DNA from: Octopus sinensis
Lineage: Eukaryota
Assembly: GCF_006345805.1 (NCBI RefSeq)
Contig: NC_043003.1
Span: 112,282,001-112,346,000 of the forward strand
Direction of reading: 5' to 3'
Length of the DNA: 64,000 nucleotides
Both the position numbers and the translations under genes were made by a program. Shown one piece after another: positions 14,187-25,508 of the stretch. The stretch's first letter is position 1; each line of letters opens with the position of its first letter. Below the pieces are notes generated by a model, which made no database searches, had not been told where the DNA came from, and saw nothing but the letters and a program-made list of their open reading frames with translations.

Positions 14187-14191
<5 letters not shown>
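12509..14191 (-). mobile_element. 5'-truncated Penelope-like element (PLE) with inverted pseudo-LTR, in (TA)n
   Basis: RT C-terminal half plus GIY-YIG on minus strand; about 12573-12846 is the near-perfect reverse complement of about 13917-14191; (TA)n at both ends. Confidence 0.9.
12890..13915 (-). pseudogene. PLE RT thumb, CxC linker and GIY-YIG endonuclease (frameshifted)
   Basis: VNFLDVSLDL, RKVIWFTPPYS..FNIGKYFLALIDRHFP, CSCRNKDLCP-LNGAC, IIYEA...KYVGLTEGNFKARFNNH, CGLCDME, LNTRTELFGSCPH; split over 13543-13731, 13287-13607 and 12700-13299. Confidence 0.85.
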
Positions 14192-14223
<32 letters not shown>

Positions 14224-14432
14224 TAAAAGGAATTCCAACGTTGTCTGATTTTCCCGTTTTATTTACAATCTTATAATGATATAATATAATATATTATAAT
14301 AAAATAAAATAAAATAATAGAATGTTAAATGTTCATTCTGATTGAACTAGTACTTTCATGTGTATATGTGTATATGTATATATGTATATAAATGTATAAG
14401 TATATAAATATATATATATATAAATGTATAAG

Positions 14433-14498
<66 letters not shown>

Positions 14499-14499
<1 letters not shown>

Positions 14500-14676
14500 A
14501 TAGATCGCTAGTCCCTACCCATTCTTTATTTTCTCTCCTTATTTCTTTGTGTTTCTTTCTGTGGGAGAGCGTAGGCTCGAAACGTTAAAGACGTTTCACT
14601 TCCCGAGTGTTAAACTAATATATCTGTTGTCTACACCGCCTGTCTTCACCTTTTGGTTTTTGTGATTTTTCCCCTA
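14499..14676 (+). mobile_element. Short TA-flanked element with degenerate minimal hammerhead-like motif (probable PLE tail)
   Basis: 14554-14591 TCTTT-CTGTGGGA-GAGC-gtag-GCTC-GAAA-CG-TT-AAAGA: stems I and II pair, but the core deviates from CUGANGA. Confidence 0.5.
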
Positions 14677-15691
14677 TATATATATATATATATATATAAT
14701 AACAATAATTTTAGGATGGAGTTTATAAATATGTAATACATCGTTACGCGCATTTCCACAAGTCACATGACTTTAACAACAGAATTTATACATTTGGGAT
14801 GAGTACAGTATTGTCTGTATAGCCCTGGGCATCCGGTTGTTCATCATCATTGATTCATTTCATTGGCGATACGGCATTAGTGGATGAATCACAGAGGGAC
14901 GTATATCTCTACTTGCCAGTGTGCCTTCATGGAAGTCAAGCAATAAAATCGACCCTCAACTGCACTTACTTCTCGACCCACATAGGCTGAAAATCAAAAT
15001 GGCCCACAATGGATTTGAACTCAGTATGTGAAAACACAAAATGTTACTAAACAATTTGCCCAATGTGCTAACGATTCAGCCAGCTCACCACCATAAATAA
15101 AACTAATATGAATTGATATTATGAAAATTATTAATTGCAATAATATGATGAATATTTTATGCAATGCATGCAATTATATAATGATAAACACTCACACACA
15201 CACATAACATTTTGAATGAACACGTTCTGATTACCAAAAGTATATCTCAGATTCATATCTCCATAAAATATATAATTCCCTCAATCATATTCCGCAGATG
15301 AATTTCTGTCTGTAATAAAAAGTAAAATTTTATTGCCTTATTTTCCTCCCTTTCCTCAGGTTTCTCTGCATCAGGAATTGAAAATGTATAAGAGTGACCG
15401 TCGTAATTATAAATCGTAACGCGTGTTCTCTGTAAATAAACCTGCGTAAATACAGACACAAATTCCCTGCAAATTCTACAGTGTCAACGTGTGAAATAGA
15501 CAAGGTGGTGTTTATATTTGCTCGCGTCTGCATCTTGGAGTATGCTATTAAGTCTTAGACGTTCGAAACTGATGACAGGTTGTTTAACGCCTGCTAATGT
15601 GGTGTTTCCGTTGTTGTACGTTTGAAGTGACCAAACGTTTGCAGACATGGTGGGGCAGAATGTTAATAACTATTTAGCTGGCAGACTTTGC

Positions 15692-15739
15692 CTGATGAGA
15701 AATTGGGCAATTATTTGGCGCTAAATATCGAAACCGGTA
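15692..15739 (+). ncRNA. Minimal hammerhead ribozyme-like motif
   Basis: CTGATGA-GA...TC-GAAA-CCGG-TA: canonical core and palindromic stem III; stem I poorly paired; adjacent to a PLE remnant. Confidence 0.5.
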
Positions 15740-15789
15740 TCAGGTTGATCAGCATTTACTTGTTCTCACCCAGTAGTGGTAAGGCATTA

Positions 15790-16300
15790 TTTTTTACTGC
15801 TTTTTACTTTTTTTACTGATTGAAGTTTTCGTTTCCTTTTAATAATTTTATGTTCTTCTAATGCTTTTTCATTCGCAAGTCGTTCAGCAAGCGGGGTATA
15901 TTATGATGGATGATGTTGCATGTTTCCATGTTCCTTGGATTGTATGTTTTAAGTGCGTGTGGGAGTTTTCTTCACGTTCATTTTTGCACGTTCTGTTCCT
16001 ATTTTTCTTTTTTGTTTGTACTAACTGGGTATTTCCTTTCTAGTAATATATTTCAAATCTTTTGTAATCTTTAAATTCCAAGATTATAGTATCCCCGGTT
16101 TCAGGATTCGACACAGTCGTACACATCCTTCTTGCCAAGTTAAAAGGTATTTTCATTTTAGTATTCTCTGGATGACAGGAACAGAATAGTAGATATTGTT
16201 TTGCAGTCCTATGATTCAATGTGTCTCTTTTTTGTGACTGCATTTAATTGTAAATTGGTGTTGTTAACTCAGTTTTTAAATATCAAGATTTGATAAACGT
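15790..16300 (-). pseudogene. Degraded PLE RT thumb fragment
   Basis: KQYLLFCSCHPENTKMKIPFNLARRMCTTVSN and downstream TYNPRN; homologous to the thumb motif at 20666-21052. Confidence 0.7.
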
Positions 16301-16609
16301 TAAGCAGTCACAGAGCGAAATAACGAACCAGGTAGCATTTCATGTTGGCGAGTCATTAATTTTGGAAGCTATCATCAAATATCATTCTGCCGTGTTATTG
16401 TATTTCGACTTCCAAGTATGGCATGTCAAGGTTAGCAAAGCAGGGACTACCCTCGTTCCCATCGGAATGCCAGAGAATTGTCTGAAGTTAAAAGACTTAT
16501 TCCAAGGAAGAATTTTTGCCCGTCGAAGATGTATCTTCCCCCAAATCCGTTACAAATGTCACTTGGGAATCTTTCATTCCATCCATATATATATATATTT
16601 GTGTGTGTA

Positions 16610-16664
<55 letters not shown>

Positions 16665-16811
16665 AAGAATATTGTATCACCTTACAGATCGTTTGCTTGC
16701 GAAATGTTCCACACTTCATAATTTATATATCTCAGACACACACACACACACTTATGATATGTATAAGTCTCTGATGTGAGCATGCGTTTCTGTATGTATG
16801 CCTGTATAAAT

Positions 16812-16842
<31 letters not shown>

Positions 16843-17749
16843 ATCTATATGTATCTATGTATTATACGTATATACCCCGTGTGTGTACATAAGTGTGCAT
16901 GTGTGCATGTGTATGTGTATGTCTGTGGCTGTGTATTTGACAAAATAATGCTTTTATCTACATACTCACCTAGGCATCCGCAAATACCTACTATTCTACT
17001 TACAAATTTATAAAGTGAAGTGAAGAACGAAGTAAAAGTAAAAGCAAAAATCTTTTTGTTGAATTCCAGTAAAATATTTCAGGTAGGAATCGTTAAAATT
17101 AAATTATATCAAAGAATTATAAGCTTCTTATGTTTCTAACAAAACACAGTCCGTTACATACAAAATCATTCAGCTCAATGCTTTAATGGAAAGAATATAA
17201 GCCTGGAGTGAAACATATAATAGCAATAAACATCAAGAAACCATACAACTAAGTTAGGTATTGTGTATACATTTATAGTTTCTCTAATACAGATACATGT
17301 GCACAGACAAAAATATATTTCAGTTATCATTCAGAAAGAAATGCATATACGCACATATTCATGCATGTAGGTATGTATGAATATATGTATGTATTATGTA
17401 TATGTTTGTATTATGCACATATATATGTATACACATACATGCATAAACGCATATACACAGTTAGATAAAAGGAGTAATACACATATGCATATATATGTAT
17501 GTATATATATGCATATAACTATTATAAGTGTGCGTGTATATATACATACGTGTATGTATATATATATACGCACACCCTCACACACACACACAAACACACA
17601 AACATATATATATATATATATATATTCACAGACGTGTACACATACATACATACTCACATATTCTGTGTAAATGGATTAGAAATTAACTTCATCACAAAAG
17701 ATTTTAAATGAAGCTGTATACTACGACAAACATTTTGCTTACCTACATT

Positions 17750-17776
17750 ATATATGTGTGTATTTGAGTGTGTATG

Positions 17777-17812
<36 letters not shown>

Positions 17813-17818
17813 ATATAT

Positions 17819-17849
<31 letters not shown>

Positions 17850-17913
17850 ATATATATATATATATATTTATATATACACACATATATATATATATATATA
17901 TATAATATATATA

Positions 17914-17955
<42 letters not shown>
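17750..17955. repeat. (TA)n/(GA)n microsatellite mosaic
   Basis: Directly visible. Confidence 0.9.
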
Positions 17956-17961
<6 letters not shown>

Positions 17962-18032
17962 ATTTAAGTGATGAGGAATTATGTACATTATTTACATTCG
18001 ACAGATATTCGTCCTCATCTTTTTTGTGGTTA

Positions 18033-18078
18033 ACTCAACGTTTCGGCTGATATACCCTCCGGCCTTCTTCAGGTGTCT
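18033..18078 (-). ncRNA. Minimal hammerhead ribozyme-like motif
   Basis: Minus strand GACAC-CTGAAGA-A-GGC-cggagggtatatca-GCC-GAAA-CG-TT-GAGTT: core intact with one extra A, stem II pairs, stem I has one mismatch. Confidence 0.6.
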
Positions 18079-19588
18079 TGAAGAAATTAGGCTTAGAGTT
18101 AGCATCTTGAGACATGGTCACCTGCACACAGTTCTCCTGAGGAATTCCCGAAGGGGCTTCGTGCGACCACTGTAGAGACGTTTCGCCAAAAAAAATGGAA
18201 AACCGATTTTAGCAGTGACTGGATCAATTCCTACCGATAACTAAAGAAAGAATTTTTTGTATTCCCAAATATTATTATTACATCGGACTATGGATAATTA
18301 AATCATAACAGTTACTATAGCCCACTCCCCATCGCTGTGCCATTCAAGACACGTTATATTTTACTGTTACTAATTTTTTTTACAGCGACCTTCAAATTCC
18401 ATGACTACTATTGGGATCTATTTCCTTTATTAGCAACAAGGGGCTAAATACAGAAGAATCCAATTACAAGACAAACATATACAAACTCAAACACGGGGAA
18501 ATTAAAATACAAAAGAATATGAAATAAGAATAGAAAAAATTAAAAGAAATGAATGGTCATATGAAAAGTGTATAAAATGAGGCCCAATGCCCACCCGATC
18601 CCCGAAATCGAGTGGCTACACTTCAGCAGTTTTTTTTCTTTTTCATATAATGAATGCATATTTCTATTGCCTTTTCTTTCTTCACATTTTACACACAATT
18701 CCATTTTTAAATCTACTTTTTTCAACTCTTCGTATTCGATTTCCCAGGGTGGAATCTGAGGCAATAAAAAAATTGTCACAAAACCTGCAATTTCATCAAT
18801 TTCTTTCTCAAAATTTATAATACTTTTTACTAGCCATCAAAATTCCTCTATCGTCTACATCAAAATTATCTTCCGACAACTTCACTTTCACCAGTTTCCC
18901 CATTTTCTCAACTATTATTTCCGCTTCCTCATCTTCTTTGTATATAACCAACAGACTCTGAAATTTAACTCGATCAAACTTTGTTTTTCTTTTTTAGCTC
19001 TTTTGTACATTCTCAGTCTCACATCCTTCCTTACATTTTCTTCGTTCTACCGACTGTTCTTTTGCCTTGGACTGTTTCCTTTGGGGGAAGGCTGACCACA
19101 CCGTTACTCGCATCTTCACTGTTCTTCTTTTTGTCTTACTGGTTACAATCCTCATCTTCCTCCATTTTTCATCCTCAGTATTTTTTCCTCACTTTTATTT
19201 TCCCCAGTTTGTGGTTTCTCCTTGGATCTTTACCTTTGAACCGACAGGTTTAAAAAAATATGATTTTGTAACTAATCACTTTCAAACTTCGGACACTGGA
19301 ACAATGTGTCGTATAAACCATCTTTTACACTTAGCGTTTTTGAGAAAAGCTTATATTTAGGGAGTTATTTCACGAAATATTTTCAGCCATTCATTTTGGG
19401 GGAGAACTTTGTTATGAAGTATTTTTCCATATTTTTACTGAAGAAGGTGTCATTCCTTAGGCACATATATCCACATGTATCTTAGTGTTTACTCAGTGGA
19501 ATCTTTCGTAGTTACTCCTGTCGGACATGTTTCTGTAATGACTTCTACTGGATGAAGCACCAATTTTGTAAAGTAAATTTATTAAACA

Positions 19589-19632
<44 letters not shown>

Positions 19633-20159
19633 ACACACACACACACGGTACTATACATATGCGCATATACATAAATAGAAACAATCTTACATCCAGATTC
19701 TCCAAACCATACCAGCACGGGAATCAAACATTGGATTGAATGAACTGAACACCGGTATAGATGTAAGCACAATTTTTTCTTCTTACTTTCCTTTTTCTTT
19801 CTTTCATTTTCCAAATCAAATGAAGTATTAATTGTCTATTCTTAATGAACAAATGAAATATTAAATGTCCATTGTTATTGAACTAGTATACTTTCTTGCA
19901 TTTACGCAATATTCAGGTTCATATGGTTGTGATGACAGTTGTGTTCATTGGTTTCAACTGTTGTTGAATGGTTAAATTTTGTCCTTTATATACATTCCTG
20001 TGGATAGAATTAGTTAGTTACTTGGCTATTTTTAAAAATGATGCCATACCATGTTTCAGTGTTCATTTTTTAGAAACGATGACATCAGACATTTTTAGAG
20101 ATTTTTAATTTTTATATATGGGGATAAGACTTTTAAATCATAAATAACATCAATATTTA

Positions 20160-21166
20160 TTATTGTTTACTAAGTTTGGGTGTGAATTTATTAATGAAGT
20201 CCTTTTCTCTCAGTTTCCTCTCGATTTCATTCAGATTGTATAGTTTATGAAATGGAAATATTATAAGTATTTTCCGGCCGAATGTTGCTAGCTGATTACT
20301 CAGCGGTATTTGGCGGACTTCTGGATTTTTAATTTGTTGTCGGTGCACACGTGAGCGTTCTGATTGTGCATTTCCTGTCTGGCCAACATACAGTTCTTCA
20401 CAATTCTGGCATTTGATGCAGTAGACTTGTGAATACATTCCCCATTTTCGTGTTCATATATGGGTCGGTATGTATTAATTGGCATGCAAAGCATCGACTA
20501 TCGTTGCATTTAGACACAGTCAATGGTTAGACTATGTTACTAAGGTCAAACCTTGCCTTTGTTAATAACTTTTTCAAGCTTTTAGGCTGTCTGTTACTGC
20601 GAGTTATAGTTTGGTCTGTAATATCTCTTAATTCCTTACTTTGAGCAATGATTGGTAAATTTGCTTTAGAAATAATGAAGATGTTCTAGTGGCATAGATT
20701 GTGCGTCACTATAAATGGTATGATTTGTTCTTGTTTTTCTCTTCTTTGTGTTGCCCTCAGTTGTTGTGTTGATATTTTCATAGCCCGCTGAATACCATGA
20801 CGGGTATTTTTCTTTGAGCAGAAATTCTTTCACTTCCCTCAGGCGCTCATTCCTGATCTTCAAATCATCTACAATGGTACAGATTCTTCTGGCTAAGCGG
20901 TATGAGATGTTACGTTTTTTATACTGTGGATAGCACGAATTAAAATTCAGGTATTGAAGTGTATCTGTGTGTTTATAGTATATATCTCTGGTAATGGTGG
21001 TGTTCTTTTTAATTAACATTGTATCTAGGAATGGTAATTTGGTACTTCTCATCTCCTTTGTAAATTGGATGGATAGGTGTAGGTTGTTCAGGAGGATATT
21101 GAATTCTTCCAGAGTATTTTGAGATTTTGTCCAGATTATGAAGCCATCGTCGACGTATCTCTTCCA
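20160..21166 (-). pseudogene. 5'-truncated PLE (RT plus C-terminal GIY-YIG), degraded
   Basis: WKRYVDDGFIIW, LPFLDT, DIYYKHTDTLQYLNFNSCYP..RLARRICTIV, then VYCIKCQNCEELYVGQTGN...ERSRVH...REKDFINKFTPKL; linker differs from the 12.5-14.2 kb PLE. Confidence 0.85.
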
Positions 21167-22419
21167 TGACTTGTCAATTTACTTCCGAAATTCAAAGCTG
21201 TATCTCTCCTCTATTTCCTAGTAAAGTTTTTGTTTTAAGTATCCCTTATTTATATAAACGAATATACATTGTGAGTGAGAATGGAAATGAGAGTGGAAAA
21301 AATACTGAGTTAAACATGAATACGTGCATAATATTGGCTAGATTATGTTTCGCAAACAGCAATTGAAACTTATTTTGTGAGCTAAAATATGAACTGCAAC
21401 CGGCTTTCTGATCCATTTCCGATGCCTGTTTTTGTTCTGTCTTAAACGTAAACCTGATATCGTTGGCAACATTCACCAAGGAAATGAACGTATATAAAAC
21501 TGAAGAATGTTTGATATTCATTTCTTTGTAAGTTCCAGATGCCTTATAAACGTTTCTAGTGAATATAAAAACAGTAGCTGCCAAGTCTTTCTATAATATA
21601 CACGAATAAATGCTTCACAAAGAAAGGTACACAATCGATAGAAGCGTACTCATTACGTAATTATTGTAAGAATTTCAAAGTATATTAAATATCAACACGA
21701 AATTCTCAATGTACGTGTATACCTAAACCAATACTATATTTTCTATATGAGTATACATGTGTGTATGTGTGTATAGATGTGTATAATATTATATATATAT
21801 ATATATATATAGGGTGTATATATATGTATATACACACACACATACACACACACATACACACAAGAAACTACGGAATGGATTTCATCACCTTACAGCTGTT
21901 TCTGCGATCAGATGCAGTGGATTTAGAACGGAAAGCATATAAATCACAGAATACGTTCCATGGAGCTGCAAGATGTATATGGGAAACCATTTATATATAT
22001 GAAACAGATCACCGTCGGAAAAAATAAAAGATGAATCAAAAATAAGAAATGTTTGGTATATTAAATTTGATTAGTATAAGCCACATCCAGAAATAAGAAG
22101 ATTTAGATGGTTTTAGTTATACATATTTTTATGGTTAGATGCAAGATGAACCTTTATACAAGTAACTACACATATGCATGCATAACAGACAGGCAAAATA
22201 TTATATTGATACTGACCATAAGAACCCAGATATCAAAAAGTGCTCCGAAAACAGATAGAAACTGAAGATCTAATAACAGAAAGAGAGATGGAGCGAGAGA
22301 GAGAGAGAGAGAGAGAGAGACGGAGTAAGAACAGAGATAGACGAAGTAATTAAACTATCTAAGAGAATAGTGTTTTATGGATTTCAGCCAGTGACAAGCG
22401 GAAAATATTATAATAATAT

Positions 22420-22652
22420 TTTCTACTCTAGGCATAGGGTCGAAATTTTTGGGGAGGTGGTCGATCAATTAAATCGACACCAGTACGCAATTGGTACTTA
22501 ATTTATCGACCCCGGAAGGATGAAAGTCAAAGTCACCGAGGTCGACCTTGCATTTGAGGTTGATAAATTAAGTACCAGTTGCGTACTGGTGTTGATCTAA
22601 TCGACTACCCCGCTCCCCAAAAATGTCGAGCTTTGTGCCTAGAGTAGAGAAT
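22420..22652. repeat. Two SINE-A 3' fragments joined head-to-head (inverted repeat)
   Basis: CTACTCTAGGCA...GGTACTTAATTTATC on the left mirrors GATAAATTAAGTACC...TGCCTAGAGTAG on the right. Confidence 0.75.
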
Positions 22653-22726
22653 AAAATATAATAATAAGATATTTATGTATATCATTAACACGTGTATGCA
22701 CATAGGCGAAAGTGCGTACATACAGT

Positions 22727-22779
<53 letters not shown>

Positions 22780-22824
22780 GTAAATATTTGTAGAGTTAAC
22801 ACACGAGTACGTAGATGTTTATGA

Positions 22825-23349
22825 AAAACAAGAATGAAAATGCCGCTTTCTTTAAATTGGGGACATTTTAATTCTCCATCTACATGCTTCGGTTTTTGAA
22901 AAACCTTATCAAAAGTATGAAATAAAATGGAATATATGAAGAGTAAAGAACTATTCAAAAATGATATTAAAATTTCGATTAAACATTCATAGTTTAATTT
23001 CCTTTTTTCTTGCAAGAACACGTGATGATATCCTTTGGTTCTGGTAGCATGACAAGTTCAACTGACTCTGACCGTATGAACTTGCCATGCTACCAGAACC
23101 AAAGGATATCATCACGTGTTCTTGCAAGAAAAAAGGAATCTAAAATTATGAATGTTAATATTAATTTTAATTTTATCTATTTTTTTTAATAGTTCATCTC
23201 CCTCTACATGTTCTATTTTAGTACATATTGTTGATAAGGTTTTTTTAAAAAAAACGAATCATGTAAAAGGAAAATTAAAATGTACCCAATTTTAAGAAGC
23301 ATTTTCCTTTTTGTTTTTTATATATATATATATATTATATATACACACA

Positions 23350-23418
<69 letters not shown>

Positions 23419-23657
23419 AAAACAAAAGGAAAATGCTTCTTAAATTGGGTACATTTTAATTTTCCTTTTACATGATTCGTTTTTTTTAAAAAACTTATCA
23501 ACAATATGTACTAAAATAGAACATGTAGAGGGAGATGAACTATTAAAAAAATAGATAAAATTAAAATTAATATTAACATTCATAATTTTAGATTCCTTTT
23601 TTCTTGCAAGAACACGTGATGATATCCTTTGGTTCTGGTAGCATGGCAAGTTCATAC
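22825..23657. repeat. Three alternating-orientation copies of a ~240-bp unit, including a ~580-bp near-perfect palindrome
   Basis: 23074-23320 is the reverse complement of about 23415-23657 around a symmetric (TA)(CA)(TA)(TG)(TA) centre; a more diverged copy at about 22825-23060 is inverted against the middle one. Confidence 0.9.
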
Positions 23658-23665
23658 ACACACAC

Positions 23666-23718
<53 letters not shown>

Positions 23719-23719
<1 letters not shown>

Positions 23720-24030
23720 GAGGCACAATGTCCCAGTGGTTAGGGCAGCGGACTCGCGGTCGTAGGATCGCAGTTTCGATTCCCATAGCGGGCATTGTGA
23801 GTGTTTATTGAGCGAAAACACCTAAAAGCTCCACGAGTTTCCGGCAGGGGGGGTGATCCCTGCTGTACTCTTTCACGACTCTTTCTCTCACTCTTTCTTC
23901 TATTGGCCTGCTCGCGTAGCCAGCGGGGTGGCGTCATTCGAAGGCTAAAAGAATGCGAACGCATTATGACCAGCGATGTGTAACAGCATCTGATGGCCTG
24001 GTCGGTCACGTGATAAGAAGTGATAAGTGA
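23719..24030 (+). mobile_element. tRNA-headed SINE family C
   Basis: GGAGGCACAATGTCCCAGTGGTTAGGGCAGCGGACTCGCGGTCGTAGGATCGCAGTTTCGATTCCC is tRNA-like with A/B boxes, followed by a unique body and short GTGATA repeats; microsatellite flanks. Confidence 0.75.
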
Positions 24031-24106
24031 TATATATATATATATATTATACACACACTCACACACAGCGAACCCGCACATATCTATCTATCTATCTATC
24101 TATCTA

Positions 24107-24166
<60 letters not shown>

Positions 24167-24470
24167 GATTTATAGGGAGCAAAATTCTCCCTCACCAAAT
24201 ATCCGAGACACTATCACAGAGCCCTCTACATTGTTCCCTCTTTATCTTTCCAGGAAGCTGGCCTAAAGAGTGCCACCGCGTATCTATTTGTTAAGGATAT
24301 CTATTGAAGGTAATTTTCTTTAGAGAAACCAATAGCACAACCTGCAACCCAATTCTTTAAAAAGCAGTTTAAAATTCCCCGTAGAATAATTAACAACGGA
24401 ACATAAAAACAATACAAAAGTAAGTTTTTATTAAATATTGATTACTTTTAGGCACCTCTACATTTGAATG

Positions 24471-24471
<1 letters not shown>

Positions 24472-24544
<73 letters not shown>
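24472..24544. repeat. (GATA)n array
   Basis: Directly visible; abuts the LINE 3' end. Confidence 0.95.
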
Positions 24545-24545
<1 letters not shown>

Positions 24546-25322
24546 GTTTCTTTATTGGCCACACAGGGCTGCACACAGATGGGACAAGTTACAAGGTAGA
24601 GCTTTTCTTTTGGGGGATGAAAAAAACAAAAAACAAAAGAAACAAAAAAAAGGGGTGGCGTAGGTTTTCGATCAAGAGGGATCGTAAAAGGGAAGAAAAG
24701 AACAAAAAAAAATAAGAAAAAAAGAAAAAAGAAAAAAAAAGAAGAAAAGGAAAAGGAACAAAAAAATAAAATTAAAAATTAAAAAAAATAAAAATAAAAA
24801 AGTAGAAAAGGAAAAGGAACAAAAGAAAAGAGAAATGAAAAAAGAAGAAAAAAGGGGAGAAAGGGGAAGAGGAAAAAAACGATCAATAGGGATCGTGTAT
24901 CACAGTGTTATGATATATGGTGTAAAGGGGAAAGCAAGTAAGGTTTATCCGTGGGAAGAAAAGCCTACAAAAAAGACCACGGTAACCTTGGTCAATATTG
25001 TTACATGTTACCACATTTGTTTGCAAGTGGGTAACCCTCTGTTTTCAATTTCTGAGTTCATAGGATTATGCTCAAGGTGGTTTCGTCATTCATACGTGCC
25101 ATCCTTGCTGCATTCACCCATCTTTTTTGGAAACATTCGCTAGACAAAACTTGCCTCTCTACTCTCACTTTCCTTTTCAAGTGGTACTTGAAGAAGTTGA
25201 TGAGAGATTGACCAGAGAGGAAAGTGTTTGTCTCCAATCCTTTCAGACGCGTCCACCAGATACATTCTTTCGCCATAGCCACAATGATGATGAAAATAGC
25301 TCTTCCTTCCCGTTTGAAGGAC
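24545..25322 (-). mobile_element. 5'-truncated L1/Tx1-like non-LTR retrotransposon 3' end
   Basis: Open C-terminus [26 protein letters not shown]...[26 protein letters not shown]...IIL* (stop at 25058), T-rich 3' UTR, AATAAA (24551-24556) just before (TATC)n. Confidence 0.65.

Positions 25323-25508
<186 letters not shown>

Noticed and set aside
18540-19253. Purine-rich minus-strand stretch as LINE ORF1
   Set aside because: Compositional resemblance only; many stops and no diagnostic motif.
23719-23795. tRNA gene
   Set aside because: The acceptor and T stems do not pair properly and the sequence runs into a SINE body; the same applies to the heads at 7514 and 36316.
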